Assembly (NCBI GenBank): GCA_965261595.1
Contig: CBDHDG010000003.1
Location: 256,001 to 320,000 of the forward strand
Length of the DNA: 64,000 bases
Reading direction: 5' to 3'
Source: a bacterium
Lineage (GTDB): Bacteria; UBA8248; JACPRG01; G963555815
Within the stretch, counting starts at the first letter, position 1, and each line of letters opens with the position of its first letter. Shown piece after piece: positions 32,050 through 43,604 of this stretch. A model generated the notes under the pieces. The model saw nothing but the letters and a program-made list of their open reading frames with translations, was not told where the DNA came from and made no database searches. The position numbers and the translations under genes were made by a program.

Positions 32050-33480
32050 ATGAGGCGACACATGGTTTGGGGACGCTCTTTACACGGGGTGTTCACGAGG
32101 GTTTATTTGTTTGTCTGGATTGCGCTGTTCTCGGTGGCGACGGGCGTTTCCCCCGCCGGAGGCCAAAGTCCGGGGTTCCGGCAGGCAAGGACGCTTGAGG
32201 AGACCTTCATCCGGATCGCCGAGTCCGTAACGCCGGGGGTCGTCTTCATACGGACCGTCGGGACCCGAGAGGCGCGCGGCGCGGGGAACCGGAAGAAAGA
32301 AGGCTCGGCGCCGCCTCGGGGGATCATTCCGCGTAGAAGTTTCGGCTCCGGATTTATTTTCGACGAGGAAGGACACATCCTCACGAACCAGCACGTCCTG
32401 GAAGGGGCCAAGCGGATTACGGTGGTCCTTTCCGATCGGAGCGAGCACCCGGCCGAGTTGGTCGGGACGGACAAGAGGACCGACCTCGCGGTGATTCGGA
32501 CACTCGCGAAGAATCGTCCGGCGAGCGTCCCCCTCGGCGATTCGGACCGGCTGCGCACCGGGCAATGGGTGATGGCGATCGGTCATCCCTACGGCTTGCG
32601 GCGGACCGTCACGGTGGGCGTGGTCAGCGGGATCGGCAGGACCGGCATGGGCATCGCCCACTACGAGAACTTCATCCAGACGGACGCCTCCATCCACCCG
32701 GGAAACAGCGGCGGCCCCCTGGTCAATTTGAAAGGCGAGGTGATCGGCGTCAATACGGCCATCATCCCCCGGTCGAACGGCGGAATCGCCTTCGCCATCC
32801 CCATCAACATGGCCAAGTGGGTTGCGCGATCCCTCATCCAAAATGGGGTCGTCGAGCGTGGATTGCTCGGGCTGATGATCCAGCCGCTCTCATCGGATCT
32901 GGCCGCCAAGTTCGGACTCGGCCGGCCGGTCGGGGCGCTCGTCTCCGATCTCATGAAGGACGGCGCGGCGGCCAAGGCGGGGATCCAGCGGGGGGATATC
33001 GTGTTGGGGTTCAACGGCCGTCCGGTCCGGGATGTCCCGGCGCTCCAGCGATACGCCGCCGCGTCGCCGCCGGGCGCGCTTGTGAAGGTGAGCATTCAAC
33101 GCAACGGAAGACGCATCCGGGTCCCCCTCATCATGGGGGCGCTGCAAACCGCGCGGGCGGCGCCCAAGCCCGAGCCTCCGCCGGAAAAATCCTCGTACGG
33201 CTTGAAGGTGGGCGCGCTGACCCGGGGGATGACCAAGGTGCTCGGCATGCGCGGCGTGCGGGGCGGGGTTCAGGTCATGGCGGTTCGTGCGAACAGCCGC
33301 GCGTCCTTTGACGGGTTTCAGGTGGGTGATGTCATCAAAGAAGTCGAGGGCCGGCCCGTGCGGGACGAGGCGTCGTACCGAAAGGCCCTCCGGAAGGCCC
33401 AGAAGAACGTCCTTGCGCTCATTTACCGGACAGGGCGGAGTCTGTTCCGGGTTCTTCACGATCCGCACGATCGGCGCTGA
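32050..33480 (+). CDS. DegP/HtrA (Do family) serine protease with two PDZ domains
   Basis: GSGFI, TNQHV, TDLAV, IQTDASIHPGNSGGPL; start uncertain. Confidence 0.92.
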   Translation: MRRHMVWGRSLHGVFTRVYLFVWIALFSVATGVSPAGGQSPGFRQARTLEETFIRIAESVTPGVVFIRTVGTREARGAGNRKKEGSAPPRGIIPRRSFGSGFIFDEEGHILTNQHVLEGAKRITVVLSDRSEHPAELVGTDKRTDLAVIRTLAKNRPASVPLGDSDRLRTGQWVMAIGHPYGLRRTVTVGVVSGIGRTGMGIAHYENFIQTDASIHPGNSGGPLVNLKGEVIGVNTAIIPRSNGGIAFAIPINMAKWVARSLIQNGVVERGLLGLMIQPLSSDLAAKFGLGRPVGALVSDLMKDGAAAKAGIQRGDIVLGFNGRPVRDVPALQRYAAASPPGALVKVSIQRNGRRIRVPLIMGALQTARAAPKPEPPPEKSSYGLKVGALTRGMTKVLGMRGVRGGVQVMAVRANSRASFDGFQVGDVIKEVEGRPVRDEASYRKALRKAQKNVLALIYRTGRSLFRVLHDPHDRR

Positions 33481-33506
33481 TCGGCCCCTTTTCCCCAGGA
33501 GGCGTT

Positions 33507-34286
33507 TTGCACCCGGCCCTGTTCGAGCTCGGTCCGATTGTGGTTCGATATTACGGCCTGATGTACGTGGTCGCCCTGTTGGTCGGCGTTTGGCTCATCC
33601 GCAAGGAATCCGATCGACTCGGCCTCGGGCTGTCGAAGGACGAAGTCGCCAATTACTGCTTGTACGGTCTGATCGCGGGGATCGTGGGCGGGCGGGTTTA
33701 CTACGTCATCTTCAACTGGTCTTATTACGGCCAATACCCCTTGCAGATCCCCGCCATCTGGAACGGCGGACTGGCGATCCACGGCGGGGTGATCGCGGGG
33801 GTTCTTTACACCCTGTGGCACTCGCGCCGGCGGGCGATTCCGATCTGGCGGCTGGGCGACGCCGTTGCGCCCGCCTTGGTCCTGGGGCAGGCTTTCGGGC
33901 GGTTCGGAAACTTCATGAACGGCGACGCCCACGGCGTGCCCACGGCGCTCCCCTGGGGGATCGTATTCCCGGCGGCGAGCATCGCGGGCCGGCAATTCCC
34001 GGGACAGCCCCTGCACCCCGCCATGCTGTACGAGCTTCTCCTGAACCTGTGCTGGTTCGCCGTCCTTTGGGGCGTCCGAAAGCGCCCGCACAGGGACGGG
34101 ATGGTCTTCGCCCTCTATGTCATCCTCTACTCGGCCGGCCGGTTCGTCGTCAGCGCGTTCCGGGCCGACAGCCTGATGATCGGAGATCTCCGGACCGCGC
34201 AGGTGATCAGTGTTTTGCTCATCGCCGTCGGGGCGGCCTGGATCGTGCGCGGCCGCCTGTGGTCGGTGCCGGGGGATCACGCCTGA
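33507..34286 (+). CDS. lgt: Prolipoprotein diacylglyceryl transferase
   Basis: RYYGLMY, GGLAIHGG, GRFGNFMNG, HPAMLYE. Confidence 0.95.
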   Translation: MHPALFELGPIVVRYYGLMYVVALLVGVWLIRKESDRLGLGLSKDEVANYCLYGLIAGIVGGRVYYVIFNWSYYGQYPLQIPAIWNGGLAIHGGVIAGVLYTLWHSRRRAIPIWRLGDAVAPALVLGQAFGRFGNFMNGDAHGVPTALPWGIVFPAASIAGRQFPGQPLHPAMLYELLLNLCWFAVLWGVRKRPHRDGMVFALYVILYSAGRFVVSAFRADSLMIGDLRTAQVISVLLIAVGAAWIVRGRLWSVPGDHA

Positions 34287-34360
34287 ATGAAGAACGCGCG
34301 TTGGAGGACAGCTTGGCCGGGCGCTTCCCGGGGGCCGGGCGCTTCCCGGAGGCCGGGCGG

Positions 34361-35161
34361 TTGAGGCTTGACGACAAGGTGGCGCTGGTGACGGGGGGCG
34401 GCAGGGGGATCGGTCTGGGGATTTCCCGATGCCTCGCGGAGGAGGGCGCCTCGGTCGCGGTCGTCGATGTGGACGGGGCGGCCACCCGGGAGGCCGTCGC
34501 ATCATTGCAGGGAATGGCCGGAGATCCCCTCGCCCTGGAGATGGATGTTCGGGACGAGGCGTCCATCGAGCGTGGGGTCCGCGAGACGCTGGAGCGGTAC
34601 GGCCGGATCGACATCCTGGTCAACAACGCTGGCGTCCTGGGCGGGATGGTCTTGGGCGCGCCGCTGACCGACCTCTCCATCGAGCATTGGGACCGGGCGT
34701 ATGAGGTGAACGTCCGGGGGACGTTTCTGGTCTGCCGTGAAGTGGCCCCGCACATGACGGAGCGGCGGCAGGGAAAGATCCTGAATATCGCGTCCCGGGC
34801 GGGACGGGACGGCCGGGAGACGCTTCCCCACTACGGGAGCGCCAAGGCGGCGGTCATCAACTTCACGATGGCCCTGGCCAAGGAGCTGGCGCCCGCCTTC
34901 GTCAACGTCAACGCCGTCTGTCCCGGTCTGGTCTGGACACCCATGTGGGATGAGCTGGGCAGGCTTTACGCCGCGAAGTTTTCCGAATTCGCCGGGTTTT
35001 CTCCCCGGCAGGTCTTCGATGAGTTCGTCGCCCGGCAGCCGCTCAAACGGGAGCAGACCCCCGAGGACATCGGCCGGGCCGCTGTTTTTCTGGTCTCGGA
35101 AGAAGCGAGGAATATCACGGGACAGGCGTTGCTGGTGGATGGCGGGTCTGTGATGTTTTAA
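34361..35161 (+). CDS. Short-chain dehydrogenase/reductase
   Basis: VTGGGRGIG, NNAG, YGSAK, NITGQALLVDGG; start uncertain. Confidence 0.92.
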   Translation: MRLDDKVALVTGGGRGIGLGISRCLAEEGASVAVVDVDGAATREAVASLQGMAGDPLALEMDVRDEASIERGVRETLERYGRIDILVNNAGVLGGMVLGAPLTDLSIEHWDRAYEVNVRGTFLVCREVAPHMTERRQGKILNIASRAGRDGRETLPHYGSAKAAVINFTMALAKELAPAFVNVNAVCPGLVWTPMWDELGRLYAAKFSEFAGFSPRQVFDEFVARQPLKREQTPEDIGRAAVFLVSEEARNITGQALLVDGGSVMF

Positions 35162-35175
35162 TCTTCTTTACGATG

Positions 35176-36438
35176 TGGACTTACCCCGGTTTCGTGGAGA
35201 GTTAAGCACTTGGGTTTTCAGGGTGTGCGTTGTTGTCTCCTTTCGTAGTTAACGGGTGACAGGTTGTCGATGGAGGAGTGCCGACGATGCGGGTTGTAGA
35301 AGCCCTCGATGAACCCGAACACCTCCATGCGCGCCTCGGCCCGGGTGCGGAAACTGTGGCGAGCGAGGAGCTCGCACTCCAGCGTGGCGAAAAAGCTCTC
35401 ACACAGCGCGTTGTCGTAGCAGTCCCCGACCGAACCCATGGAGGGACGCCCGCCCGCCTGCCGGCAGCGCTGCCCAAAGGCGACCGAGGTGTACTGCGTG
35501 CTGCCCTGGTCGGAGTGGTGGATGACGGCCCGGGGACGGCGCTTATACAGCGCCATGTCGAGCGCGTCGAGCACCAACTCGGCCCGCAGGTGTGTGGCCA
35601 TCGACCACCCCACGATGCGCCGGCTGAACGCATCGAGCGCCACGGCCAGATACAAAAACCCCGCCCATGTCGGAACGTAGGTGATGTCGGCCACCCACAG
35701 CCGGTCGGGGGCCTCGGCCGTGAAGTTGCGGTCCACCAGATCAGGGGCCGGCCGCGCCTCCTGCCGGCGCTGCGTCGTGCGCGCTCCCTTGCGCCGACTG
35801 ACGCCCGCAAGTCCCGCCCCACGCATCAGCCTGGCGACGCGCTTGCGGCCCACACGCACTCCCTCAGCCTCCAACTCGGCATGGACGCGCGGCACGCCGT
35901 AAGTCCCCCGAGAACGCTCGTGGATCGCCTGAATGCGTTTGGTGAGCGCCCGATCGGCACACGAGCGGGCACACGGCGCGCGCCTGCGCCACGCGTAGTA
36001 GCCGCTGGAGGAGACGCCCAGCACCCGGCACATGGTGGCGGTCCGATACATGGCCTGGTTCGCCCTCACGAACCCGTAGATCCGGACGGGATCGAATCGG
36101 TATCCCGAGCAAACCAGGCCGCGGCTTTTGCTAAGATCTCCCGCTCCTGGCGGAGCTGTCGGTTCTCGCGGCGAAGTCGGCGCAACTCCTCCCGCTCATC
36201 GCTCGTGAGCCCGTCTTTGCGACGCCCCTCGTCAACGTCGGCTTGATGGGCCCAGGTGCGGATCGTCTGCGCCGAGGGCTCGAACTCGTGCGCCAGCGCC
36301 TCGGGCGTGCGTCCCGCCCGGACCAACTCTACCATCTGGCAGCGGAACTCCATTGGATAGCGTGGGTGAGTCTGTGGCATCGTGAACACCTCCTTTACCC
36401 CCAAATCATCAGGTGTCCACCAAACCGGGTCAACTCCA
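35176..36438 (-). mobile_element. IS3-family insertion sequence (orfA 36066-36380, orfB 35218-36069)
   Basis: WVADITY, HHSDQG, DNALCESFF; TG..CA ends tggagttgacccggtttggtggac / tggacttaccccggtttcgtggag. Confidence 0.93.
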
Positions 36439-36509
36439 TAGGAGTCCGCCATTGAAAACGATGCCACCACGAGGTGTAAAAGAGCTTCACCAACAGGTTT
36501 AAACTGCTT

Positions 36510-37913
36510 TCCCCCGCTCTAGGGTTTTGTTGGACACTCGATTGATCCATGATTCATGGAGAAAGGGGTGTCGCGATGAACGAACAAAAGCAAGAGGGGG
36601 CTTTGGCGGAGGGCGCCCGTAGGGCGAACGGAGCCAAGGCCCCAGGGCATCGCAGTGAGCGGGGTCGGTTCTCCTGCCAGCGCAAGCGGGAGGCGGTCCT
36701 GCGTCTTTTGCGGGGCGAGAGCCTGGAGACGCTCTGCCGCGAGTTGGGCACGACAGCGGCTCGGCTTTCCGCCTGGCGCGAGGCGTTCCTTCGCGGGGGC
36801 GAGGCGGCGCTCAAAGCCCGCCCGGCGGATGAGCGGGCCGAGGAGAACGCCCGGCTCAAGGCCAAGGTGGGCGAACTCACGATGGAGGGCGAGGTCCTGC
36901 GGGAGAAGATCGACCGCCTGGAGGCCGGCCGCCCTTTAGCCGGCAGGAGGTGGAGGCGATGAGTCAGGCCCGCTTCACCTCCACGGGCAGAGCCTACGGC
37001 CTGAAGCGGGTGTGCGCCCTTTGGGGCTTGGCGCGCTCCACGGTCTACGCGCAACGGCGGCGAGAGGCGGTCCCCGTTCATGAACGCCCCACGCCCAATA
37101 AGCGCGGCCCTGTGGGCCCGTGCACCGATGCGGAACTCCTCGGCCACATCCGGCAGGTCCTGGAGGACTCTCCCTTCCATGGCGAGGGCTACCGCAAGGT
37201 GTGGGCGAGGCTGCGCTTCGCGGGCATCCGCACCAGCAAGGAGCGGGTGCGTCGCCTGATGCGGGAGGCGGGGCTTCAGGCCCCCCACCGGGTGGGCAAA
37301 CCCCGAGGTTCCAAGGCCCACAACGGGACCATCCGCACCGAGCGGCCCGACCGAATGTGGGGCACGGACATGACGACGACGGTGACCACCGAGGAGGGGA
37401 TGGCCTCGGTGTTCGTGGCGGTGGATCACTGCTCGGTGGACTGCGTGGGGATCCATGCGGCCAAGAGCGGCAACCGCTTCGAGGCCCTGGAGCCGATCCG
37501 GCAGGGGGTCGCCGAGCGCTTCGCCGGCTTGGAGGCGGACGTCGCCGAGGGGCTTAAAGTTCGTCACGACCACGGCCCCGCCTATCTGTCCGATGACTTT
37601 CAGCGGGAGATCGCCTACCTGGGCATGACCAGTTCGCCCAGCTTCGTGCGGGCGCCCGAGGGAAATGGCTACTGTGAGTGGTTCATCCGCATCTTGAAGG
37701 AGAATCTCCTGTGGGTGCGCTCTTTCGCCACCGTAGAGGAACTGCGGTGGGCGCTGCTTGAGTTCAAGAACCTGTACAACCATCATTGGATTCTCGAGGG
37801 CTACGGCTACCGAACGCCGGCCCAGGCAAGGCAGGAAAAACTCGCTCAAGTTGCGGAGGCCGCATGAGGTCGAATACCCTCACCCGAGTGTCCAATAACC
37901 CAGGGGCGGTCCA
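36510..37913 (+). mobile_element. IS3-like two-ORF insertion sequence (orfA 36576-36962, orfB 36959-37867)
   Basis: HTH orfA; orfB GYRKVWARL, WGTDMT, RHDHG, PEGNG..E; IR core ttggacactc / gagtgtccaa. Confidence 0.85.
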
Positions 37914-38216
37914 GTCAGAGTGTCATATTTGACATCGGTGACAATGAATGCAGGGTCACCTTAATGGCGATTGACGACGGTCGCAAGGAAGCATCCTTTA
38001 ATTTCCAGTGCCGAGATGGCCACAATAGTTGAAAACAACGAGACGACTCACGATAGTAGGAGTGGCGGGCCTGGTCCTGGCGGTGGGCCGGGCCGGTGGG
38101 TGCGCACAGCGGCGGAATGAATACGGCGGGTCATTATAGAAAGACACCGGACGCCAGTTAATTTCGCATGGGGGCGTAGACAATTGACTGTCAGTTAACG
38201 AGACAAGGAGTGACGG

Positions 38217-39080
38217 GTGCTTCGGTTCGACAAAAACTGGCGATTTGAGAGTCCGGGTCCGATAGCCCCGGCAGTAGCCGGCAAATTTCAAGATTTAATT
38301 TACCGGATTTGCAGTCAAGGTCGCCAAAAAACCGTGCTCGAATATTTCAAGGCGAATTTTGGGATGGCGACGGGCGTACCACACTACCCGAGCAGTGACG
38401 TAGGATGGGCGCACACCGATCTATTGAATATCATGAACAGCGTAGAGAAAAATGCCCCACTTTTTATAGAGGCGTTCTACAACGCCTGCGAGGGACTACG
38501 AGAGGACTACCCTGAACTAGCGATACCGACCATTACTCAGATTAACCGTATCCTGAGCGAATCGGATGCGGGCTTTCAGGTTGATCCGCCGAACCTGATC
38601 GCGACAACCGCGCATACCCTGGTTGTCGTACCGGATCAAGCACCTTCGCTTGATGCTCAAGCGAAAGGAATGATCGAAAAGAGCCTACAGGATGCGGAGC
38701 GTGAACTCCGGGTGGGACACGGTCGCCAAGCCGTGCAAGAGCTTCTATGGCTCTTAGAGACAATCACGACAGCTTTTCGGAACCCGGAGATTCTAGAAGG
38801 CAGCGTACAAGACCGATATTTCAACGAGATCATCCGTCGGCTGCGCCGCGAACATCGTCATCATGACCAGATTTTTCGCTGGATGCTGAGCCTGCACGGC
38901 TATCTCTCGTCGCCGACCGGTGGGGGAATCCGTCACGGCGTGGATGTGAAAGAAGGACTTCCGATCACACTAAATGATGCACGACTTTTTTGTAACTTGA
39001 TTCGAAGCTACGTAACGTTTCTGATCTTCGAACACGATGACTTTAGCCGACAACCACCATCTGACGAGTTAACTGACTGA
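38217..39080 (+). CDS. Hypothetical protein, AbiJ-like with C-terminal HEPN-type GIRH motif
   Basis: Intact 287-aa lower-GC ORF; C-terminal helical region LHGYLSSPTGGGIRHG. Confidence 0.6.
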   Translation: MLRFDKNWRFESPGPIAPAVAGKFQDLIYRICSQGRQKTVLEYFKANFGMATGVPHYPSSDVGWAHTDLLNIMNSVEKNAPLFIEAFYNACEGLREDYPELAIPTITQINRILSESDAGFQVDPPNLIATTAHTLVVVPDQAPSLDAQAKGMIEKSLQDAERELRVGHGRQAVQELLWLLETITTAFRNPEILEGSVQDRYFNEIIRRLRREHRHHDQIFRWMLSLHGYLSSPTGGGIRHGVDVKEGLPITLNDARLFCNLIRSYVTFLIFEHDDFSRQPPSDELTD

Positions 39081-39105
39081 CTGTCTCGATACGAGGACCG
39101 CCACA

Positions 39106-39234
39106 ATGCTGTATCTGATCAGCTATGACGTACTCGACGGGGCATTAGAGTCGGAGCGCACCCTGAACTACAGACAGCTCCGCAGGAAACTTACCGACTT
39201 GGGCGTCTTCGACTCCGTCTGGATGGGTATCTAG
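39106..39234 (+). pseudogene. Cas2/VapD-like small protein stub
   Basis: gagga RBS then MLYLISYDVLDGALESERTLNYRQLRRKLTDLGVFDSVWMGI*; not in the ORF track. Confidence 0.45.
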
Positions 39235-39563
39235 ATGCGGCACCTTCACGGAGAGAATCGCGAGAGGCTTACTCGCAACAACAAACGAAATCCACCGGAA
39301 ACGTGCTTGATTACACATCACGCGCCCAGACTCCCAAACGCGGGGAGATCGTCGTATTTCGGAACGTGAACGGCTTTTACGCCGCAGTGCACGTGCTTGA
39401 TATCAAGGATGACAGCCGAAGTCACGACCGGGACGGACTCCGATTCCGATACGCCGTTCAGTCAAATGGATCTGACGGCTTCGCCGAGTTCAAGGATGTG
39501 TGAGGTTCCGACCCTTATTCTCAATCGCACTTGGTCGTCCCCGAACTGGGATGAGATGAATTA

Positions 39564-41052
39564 ATGGATACATCACAAATTGGCAAACGGGCGTGGAGCT
39601 ATGCGGGCGTCTTGCGAGACGCGGGACTTTCCTGCTTCGAATACGTGGAGCAACTGACCCTGCTGCTGTTCCTCAAGATGGCGGATCAGCTAACAAAGCC
39701 TCCCTACGAACGAAAACCCATCGTGCCGCCGGAACTTGGCTGGAAGGCTCTCCTGCCACTTGATGGGTCAGCGTTGGAAGACCAATACCGCGCCAGCCTC
39801 GAAAAGCTCGGGTTCGAGCCCGGTATGCTCGGTGTCATCTTCAAGGAGGCGCGTTGCGAGATCCAAAAATCCGGCGCTATTGAAACAACTCATCGTCAAC
39901 CTCCTCGATCAGGTGGACTGGCTCTCGCTCCCTGTGGACGTGAAGGGCACCATCTATGAGGAACTCCTGGCCCGCTTGGTGCGGGAATCCGCACGCGGCG
40001 CGGGCCAGTATTTCACCCCGCGACCGGTGATCCAGGCAATGTGCGAGGCTACACAGCCGACGCCGGACGACCGCATCTGCGATCCGGCTGCGGGCACCGG
40101 CGTTTTTTTTGCAACGCCTATCAGTATGTACTCGATCGCGACGGCGAAAACCTCGACAGCGACAAAAAGCGCGCGTTGCAGGAGAATTTGGTCGAAGGCA
40201 TGGAGCTTTCGCCGAAGGTCGGCCGCATGTGCGCAATGAACGTTTATCTGCACAACATCGGCGGCGACAAGGTAGTCGTCCATTCCGGACACGACAGCCT
40301 TTCCACGCCCTGGAATCGCGAATACTCGATGGTTCTCACCAATCCCCCGTTCGGCAAGAAGCAGAGCCTCCTGTTCGTCAATGAGGAGGGAGAGACCGAG
40401 AAGGATGACCAGATCATCGTCCGCGAGGACTTCTGGACCTCGACCAGCAACAAGCAGCTCAACTTCGTCCAGCACATCTACACGCTGCTGAAGATTGACG
40501 GCCGTGCGGCCGTCGTGGTGCCGGACAATGTGTTGTTCGAAGGGGGCGCGGGTGAGAAGGTCCGCCGCAACCTGTTGGAGAAATGCCGCGTCCACACCCT
40601 GCTGCGGCTGCCGACGGGTATCTGGTACTCGCCGGGTGTCAAGGCCAACGTGATCTTCTTCGAAAAAAGGAAGGCCGATCCGAAGCGTGGACCGACTGGC
40701 TTTGGGTCTACGATCTGCGCACCAACATGCACTTCACGCTCAAGCAGAAGCCGATTCGTCGCGAGGACTTCGACGAGTTTGTCGAGTGCTACAAACCCGG
40801 TCGGATGCACGAGCGCGAGGCTACGTGGAGCGAGGACAATCCCGAGGGCCGCTGGCGGTCTTATGACTACGACGACCTGTTGAAGCGCGACCTTTTCTGG
40901 ATCAAGGACAAGAGCCTGGCCGGACCGACACGGACTCGTTGCCCCCGCCCGACATCATCGCCGCCGAGATCGCCGACGATCTCGAAGCTGCGCTGGAACA
41001 GTTCACCAAGATCGCAGCGCGTCTTGGGCAGAGGGACACCACGAACGGGTGA
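39564..41052 (+). pseudogene. hsdM: Type I R-M methyltransferase subunit with several frameshifts
   Basis: YVEQLTLLLFLKM, GAGQYFTPR, DPAAGTG, NPPF, VVPDNVLFEGG; shifts near 39867, 40105, 40665 and 40920. Confidence 0.9.
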
Positions 41053-41227
41053 TTTGGAGCCTCCCGGCCACTCCTGAGGATGTGCTTGGCAGTATGGCGA
41101 TGAGGTTTGATTCCGTTCTCACAATCAGCAATCGACAGGCCTCGACCTCTGTCACGTGCTCGGCGGTCACGAGACGGTCTGGTCGTACAGCATTCGGTGG
41201 GCTGCAATCCCGCAATAGGCTGCTGAC

Positions 41228-41370
41228 ATGAGTCATAATTTTAGGTCCCTGCGCCAGTGGCGCGGGTCGCAAGATCAGGCGTTCGAAGAGTTGTGCTACC
41301 AGTTCCGCGATCCAACACCCGAAGGCGCGGCCTTGGTTAAAACCGGAAGCCCGGACGGGTCGCTGGAATT
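41228..41370 (+). pseudogene. N-terminal stub of a restriction-endonuclease-like domain typical of large NTPase defence proteins
   Basis: FRSLRQWRGSQDQAFEELCYQ..KTGSPDGSLE pattern; similarity ends abruptly. Confidence 0.45.
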
Positions 41371-41570
41371 CTTGGTCGAGGCGCTGGCCGATCGGTCACT
41401 GCCAGTTCTTTGCAAGCAGTATCTAAAAACTCCGTATATGCCTGCCTTCTCCCAAACTGCTTGCCGATCGAAGCTACCATCGAAGATCTCGCCCTGGACG
41501 CTCGCACGTTCATGTTCGTTTCGTGTCTTCATTATGGTAACATATTGAGAGTCAAACTCGCTGTGGCCTA

Positions 41571-42996
41571 GAGTTATTACCGAAAGTTGTGGATTGAGGG
41601 CATGAAAAAGGCGGCGTAACCTTCCGTGTCGGAGGACAACCCACACGTTCCTGGTTGGAGCCAGGGGGAAGGAGACGCCACCCATGTTCAAGGTAATCGA
41701 AAGCACGGCAGATGGGAAGTGCGAAGAGCCGGGACGGATGCTGGACGAGATAGCACGCGAGGGCGCCCGGCGGATGCTGGCCGTGGCGATGGAGGCGGAA
41801 GCGGCTTCCTACGTCGAGGACCATCGGCACGAGCGGGACGAAGGGGACAGAGCGCTGGTGGTGAGAAACGGCAAGGCCCGGCCGCGGAAGATCACCCTGG
41901 GTGCGGGCACCGTGGAGATTCACGCCCCGCGGGTCAACGACCGGCGCGTGGATGCATTGGGCCGCAAGCAGCGTTTTACGAGCCGGATTCTTCCGCCCTA
42001 CATGCGGCGCTCGCCCAAGGTGTCCGAGGTGTTGCCGGTGCTCTACCTGCGGGGTCTCTCCACGGGCGATTTCCGCGAAGCGTTGCCCGTTCTGTTGGGA
42101 GAAGATGCGTCGGGCCTGTCGCCTTCGACGATCACACGGCTGACGGCCGATTGGGAGCGGGAGCATGCGGAATTTCAAAGGCGAGACCTGAGCGAACTCG
42201 ACTACGTCTACGTCTGGGTGGACGGGGTCCACTTCCGTATCCGTTTGGAAGAGGATCGCCTGTGCACCCTTGTCATGATTGGGGTTCGTCCCGACGGGAC
42301 CAAGGAGCTCCTCGCTGTTGAGGACGGCGACCGTGAGAGCCAGGAGAGCTGGGCGTCGGTGCTTCGCGATCTCAAACGGCGCGGGATGCGGGCGCCTGTG
42401 GTGGCGGTGGGGGCGACGGCGCGCTGGGCTTTTGGGCGGCGGTCGGGCAGGTGTGGCCCGAGACGCGCGCGCAGCGCTGCTGGGTCCACCGGTTGGCCAA
42501 CGTGCTCGACAAGCTACCCAAGGGGCTACAACCCAAGGGGCCAAGCGCGCCCTGCACGAGATCATGCAGGCTGACACGCGCGCACAGGCGGTCGAGGGGA
42601 TCGAGCGCTTCGAGCAGGACTATCGCGCCAAGTACCCCAAGGCGGTGGCCTCGCTTCGCCGCAATGAGAACAAGCTGCTGACCGACTTCGACTTGCCGGC
42701 CGAGCACTGGGTGCACCTTCGCACCACAAACGTGATCGAGTCCCCCCTGACGACGGTGCGCCTGCGCCAGCGGGTGACCAAAGGAGCCGGCTCCAGGACG
42801 AAAGGCTTGATGATGGCCTTCAAGCTGCTCGAGATGGCGCAGCAGAGATGGCGGCGAATCAACGGACCAAAACTCCTGCCCCTTGTCCGCGCCGGAGTGA
42901 AGTTCATCGATGGGGTTCAGGCGGAGCACATCAATCAACAAGAGCGGAAGGACGCCGCATGATCATGCGCCCGTCCATAACATTTGACAATAACTC
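41571..42996 (+). mobile_element. IS256-family insertion sequence; transposase (41684-42962) frameshifted twice
   Basis: VRNG, VWVDGVH, QRCWVH, RTTNVIES; IRs gagttattaccgaaagttgtgga / gagttattgtcaaatgttatgga; flanking direct repeat ctgtggcct. Confidence 0.92.
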
Positions 42997-43100
42997 CTGT
43001 GGCCTGCCTAGATATACCTCTTGAAGTCTCCGAATAGTGCTACCATATGGGCATCTATGAGCTACGCGGATACTTCTACTAGATCATTAGGAGAAGTTAC

Positions 43101-43604
43101 ATGAATGAGAATAGAGCTAAAATTAGACTGAAAATTGGCCAGTTAGAGGTCGAGTACGAAGGAAGTGATTCATTCTTGAAAGAAGACATATTTCATATGA
43201 TGGAAAAAATGATTGGCTTTCATGCCGAACACCGTGCCGTTCTCCCCGCTGACCTCCAAGCCAATACAGAAGATGAAGGTGCGATGGTTGGAGATCCTGA
43301 ACTTAACATTTCAACTAGCACAATAGCGACACGCTTGAGTGTAAATAGCGGGCCGGAATTGGCAATAGCCGCAGCCGCTTACCTGACTATAGTTCAAAAG
43401 GAGCCAAAATTTTCTAGAGAACAAATCCATAACAAAATGAAAGATGCTTCGAATCACTATAAAAAGAGCATGTTGGGAAATCTGACTTCAATCCTTCAAA
43501 GACTTGTAAAGGAGAACCGTCTCAACGAACTTTCTGATGGGCACTATGCTCTGTCGGCGACAGAGAAGAAGAAAATGGAGAAGAGCCTTCCTGAAAACAT
43601 CTGA
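43101..43604 (+). CDS. Hypothetical protein with probable C-terminal winged-helix domain
   Basis: Intact low-GC ORF with aggag RBS; FSREQIHNKMK..NLTSILQRLVKENRLNELSDGHYALS wHTH-like pattern. Confidence 0.7.
   Translation: MNENRAKIRLKIGQLEVEYEGSDSFLKEDIFHMMEKMIGFHAEHRAVLPADLQANTEDEGAMVGDPELNISTSTIATRLSVNSGPELAIAAAAYLTIVQKEPKFSREQIHNKMKDASNHYKKSMLGNLTSILQRLVKENRLNELSDGHYALSATEKKKMEKSLPENI

Noticed and set aside
34315..34360. 18-bp tandem repeat gccgggcgcttcccgg(g/a)g before the SDR
   Set aside because: Only about 2.5 copies with no spacers; likely a local slippage duplication
42984..43014. IS256 hybrid promoter for the HEPN cassette
   Set aside because: An outward TTGACA is present, but no good -10 lies at 16-18 bp spacing
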